Shown in pieces: positions 61,401 to 64,000 of a stretch of DNA of 64,000 bases. Both the position numbers and the translations under genes were made by a program. Positions within the stretch are counted from its first letter, which is position 1, and every line of letters starts with the position of its first letter. This DNA comes from Macrostomum hystrix (taxonomy: Eukaryota; Animalia; Platyhelminthes), in the NCBI GenBank assembly GCA_950097015.1, contig CATNEN010000033.1:2790001-2854000 (forward strand), written 5' to 3'. The notes under the pieces are model-generated. The model saw only the letters and a list, made by a program, of their open reading frames with translations, searched no databases and had not been told where the DNA came from.

Positions 61401-61893
61401 GGCAGAGAGTCAGGGAGGGAGAGAGTCAGAGAGGGAGAGAGTCTGGGAGGGAGGGAGTCTGGGAGGGAGAGAGTCTGGGAGGGAGAGAGTCAGGGAAGAG
61501 AGTCAGCGAAGGGTGTCAGGGAGGGAGAGTAACCGGGAGATCTAGTTAGTCAGGCCGTGAGTGTTCAGTGTCAGTGTGTTGTATCTGAGGTAAACCGCAC
61601 AATGTCCCCAGTACCGACTTTAATGTTACTTATTTCATAAAACACAGCCGGCTTGCGACGCGAGCTAGATCCCTAGATATTGGCATTATTCCAATATAGG
61701 GATCTGTAACAGCAATCGATCGCTCTGTAACAGCTTTCAGTTGGTAACTGAGGGGAGCGGGTTGAGTTATTTGGCACAATGTTCCGTCTAGGAATGAATG
61801 CCCAGTCTGTCTGGTGTGGCCTCGGTTTGCACAGTAAAAGCACAACTAACTATATAATGAATGATCCTTCAACTTCTCTCGCTGTCTGTGTCT

Positions 61894-61973
<80 letters not shown>

Positions 61974-63868
61974 CTGTGTGTGTGTCTGTGTGTGTGTGTG
62001 TGTTTTGGGTTGGCCATGGGGACATGCAAGTCAGGGACAAGTGTTTGCATTTTTATTGCATTTTTCCAACAAAATTCAAAGGATATATTACTGCGTGACT
62101 GGCAGCAGTGATCTGTGGTAACTGGGCTATGGTTTGTGACCGATTGCCCAAAGCTAACACTGTGAGAGTTAGATAGAGACTGTGAGAGGTAGATAGAGAC
62201 TGTGAGAGTTAGATAGAGACTGTGAGAGTGAGATAGAGACTGTGAGAGTTAGATAGAGACTGTGAGAGGTAGATAGAGACTGTGAGAGTTAGATAGAGAC
62301 TGTGAGAGTGAGATAGAGACTGTGAGAGTTAGATAGACACTGTGAGAGTTAGATAGACACTGTGAGAGTTAGATAGAGACTGTGAGAGTTAGATAGAGAC
62401 TGTGAGAGTTAGATAGACACTGTGAGAGTTAGATAGAGACTGTGAGAGTTAGATAGACACTGTGAGAGTTAGATAGAGACTGTGAGAGTTAGATAGAGAC
62501 TGTGAGAGTGAGATAGAGACTGTGAGAGTTAGAAAGAGACTGTGAGAGTTAGATAGAGACTGTGAGAGTTAGATAGAGACTGTGAGAGGTAGATAGACAC
62601 TGTGAGAGTTAGATAGACACTGTGAGAGTTAGATAGAGACTGTGAGAGTTAGATAGACACTGTGAGAGTTAGATAGAGACTGTGAGAGTTAGATAGAGAC
62701 TGTGAGAGTTAGATAGAGACTGTGAGAGGTAGATAAAGACTGTGAGAGTTAGATAGACACTGTGAGAGTTAGATAGAGACTGTGAGAGTTAGATAGAGAC
62801 TGTGAGAGGGAGATAGAGACTGTGAGAGTGAGATAGAGACTGTGAGAGTTAGATAGACACTGTGAGAGTTAGATAGAGACTGTGAGAGTTAGATAGACAC
62901 TGTGAGAGTTAGATAGAGACTGTGAGAGTTAGATAGAGACTGTGAGAGTGAGATAGAGACTGTGAGAGTTAGATAGAGACTGTGAGAGTTAGATAGACAC
63001 TGTGAGAGTTAGAAAGAGACTGTGAGAGTTAGATAGAGACTGTGAGAGGTAGATAGAGACTGTGAGAGTTAGATAGACACTGTGAGATTTAGATAGAGAC
63101 TGTGAGAGTTAGATAGAGACTGTGAGAGTGAGATAGAGACTGTGAGAGTGAAATAGAGACTGTGAGAGTTAGATAGAGACTGTGAGAGTTAGATAGAGAC
63201 TGTGAGAGTTAGATGAATGTGCATAGCGGCTGTATAGCAGCTCTGAGCAGCACTCAGAGGTCAGTAAGCTATAAAGAATGCTGGGAAATGTTTTCAAAAT
63301 GACCGCCCTGAGCAGAGCAATAAATGAAATCCCACTTGCATTTTATCCCACAAAAATTTTACCGCACCTCCCACGCCACCCAGGGCGGTCGGATCAATGA
63401 GCGCTGGCGGTGTCTCTGCTGCTTGGAGGTCAGGAGGGGACACGCAGGCCTGGTTGCTGGGGCCAAGTGAGCAGGCTGGGATTCTACAACTGCCAGTTGG
63501 GGAATGGGAATGCGTGGATTCATTTCCCGGCTTTCCTACCCGACAGGCCAGTGAGTTTGGAGGAGATCTTCTCCAGAATAGTCTCCCCTGATCCCTTCCG
63601 TTACAATCTTCCCCTGAGATTTCCAAAGTGTCAATCATTCATTGTCCAGCTTGAGTCGTGAGGTCAAGTGGGCCCCTAGCAACCAACTCTGGCAAACTTG
63701 TCTCCCGTTGCACTGGCAGCAAATTCTGGCGGAAGCAGAAGACTAAAGCAAGCTCGTTTCTCACCTCGGTGGGTCTCGGACTCGCGCACGAGGAAGGTGC
63801 CCCGCGGATTGCCCAGCATCAGCAGCTGGCGCTCGGCCTCCTTGCGCGACAGCGGACCCAGAAACCAG
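55443..63868 (-). CDS. Src: Src-family tyrosine kinase, partial (SH2 + kinase). Exons 63868-63765, 57091-56514, 55958-55443; unique/SH3 exons lie beyond 64000
   Basis: SH2 [15 protein letters not shown]...GTFLVRESE; kinase [24 protein letters not shown] (invertebrate/Frk type), DFG, activation-loop [15 protein letters not shown]; tail TEPNY (Csk-site Tyr). Splice phases are consistent. Confidence 0.95.
56105..56513. repeat. 26-mer minisatellite (sense GTGAGGTGTGGCACTAATTACAGGGA) filling a Src intron
   Basis: About 15 units; the first unit starts at the donor GTGAGT. Confidence 0.97.
57135..58060. repeat. 20-mer minisatellite CTAGTTGTCACTCCATCACT
   Basis: About 46 units, ending ~40 nt before the acceptor at 57092. 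Confidence 0.97.
58765..59210. repeat. 12/24-mer minisatellite TTCACTCTGCCTATCTCTCTCCCT
   Basis: Read directly from the sequence. Confidence 0.95.
59655..61525. repeat. 16-mer G-rich minisatellite GGGAGGGAGAGAGTC(T/A)
   Basis: More than 100 units; accounts for the 646-aa ORF. Confidence 0.98.
61885..62002. repeat. (GT)n microsatellite with CTGT interruptions
   Basis: Read directly from the sequence. Confidence 0.98.
62158..63213. repeat. 20-mer minisatellite GACTGTGAGAGTTAGATAGA
   Basis: About 53 units inside the long Src intron. Confidence 0.98.
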
Positions 63869-64000
63869 CTGCGGGAGTGGCGGCGTGGCGATGCGAGTTC
63901 GAAATTAGACTAGATTTGGGAGCAACCAACTCTCTGTCCCGTTTGCCCCCGAGGGAATTGCGGATTAACGAACCGAACTGGGGAATTGAAGCCCGGATCT

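Noticed and set aside
59609-61549. 646-aa ORF
   Set aside because: It is a translation of a stop-free G/A minisatellite inside the Src intron.

Overview
Eukaryotic (animal) genomic DNA, not prokaryotic. It has GT-AG introns, GC-rich CAG/polyQ-rich exons and AT-rich spacers. About 37 tandem arrays, nearly all with a different unit, cover roughly a third of the window (about 21 kb summed by eye). The style resembles the free-living flatworm Macrostomum; this is inference only. Spliced genes reconstructed by hand: SAR1 GTPase (+), TTLL10-like tubulin glycylase (-), MEPCE/Bin3 RNA methylphosphate capping enzyme (+), a 7-EC protocadherin (-), and the SH2-kinase part of a Src-family kinase (-, 5' end beyond the window). 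There are also two multi-exon orphan genes and several weaker candidate exons and transposon remnants. Most long ORFs in the supplied track are translations of minisatellites. The most unusual signals are: (i) intronic minisatellites that start at, end at, or are built from splice-site sequence, some forming long runs of decoy branch-point/3' splice sites; (ii) three near-perfect RFX X-boxes next to TTLL10 and orphan genes, suggesting a ciliary gene neighbourhood; (iii) a divergent SAR1 switch I; (iv) a possible 28-nt intron. No CRISPR array, rRNA or tRNA was recognised. Gene models are unverified by RNA data.
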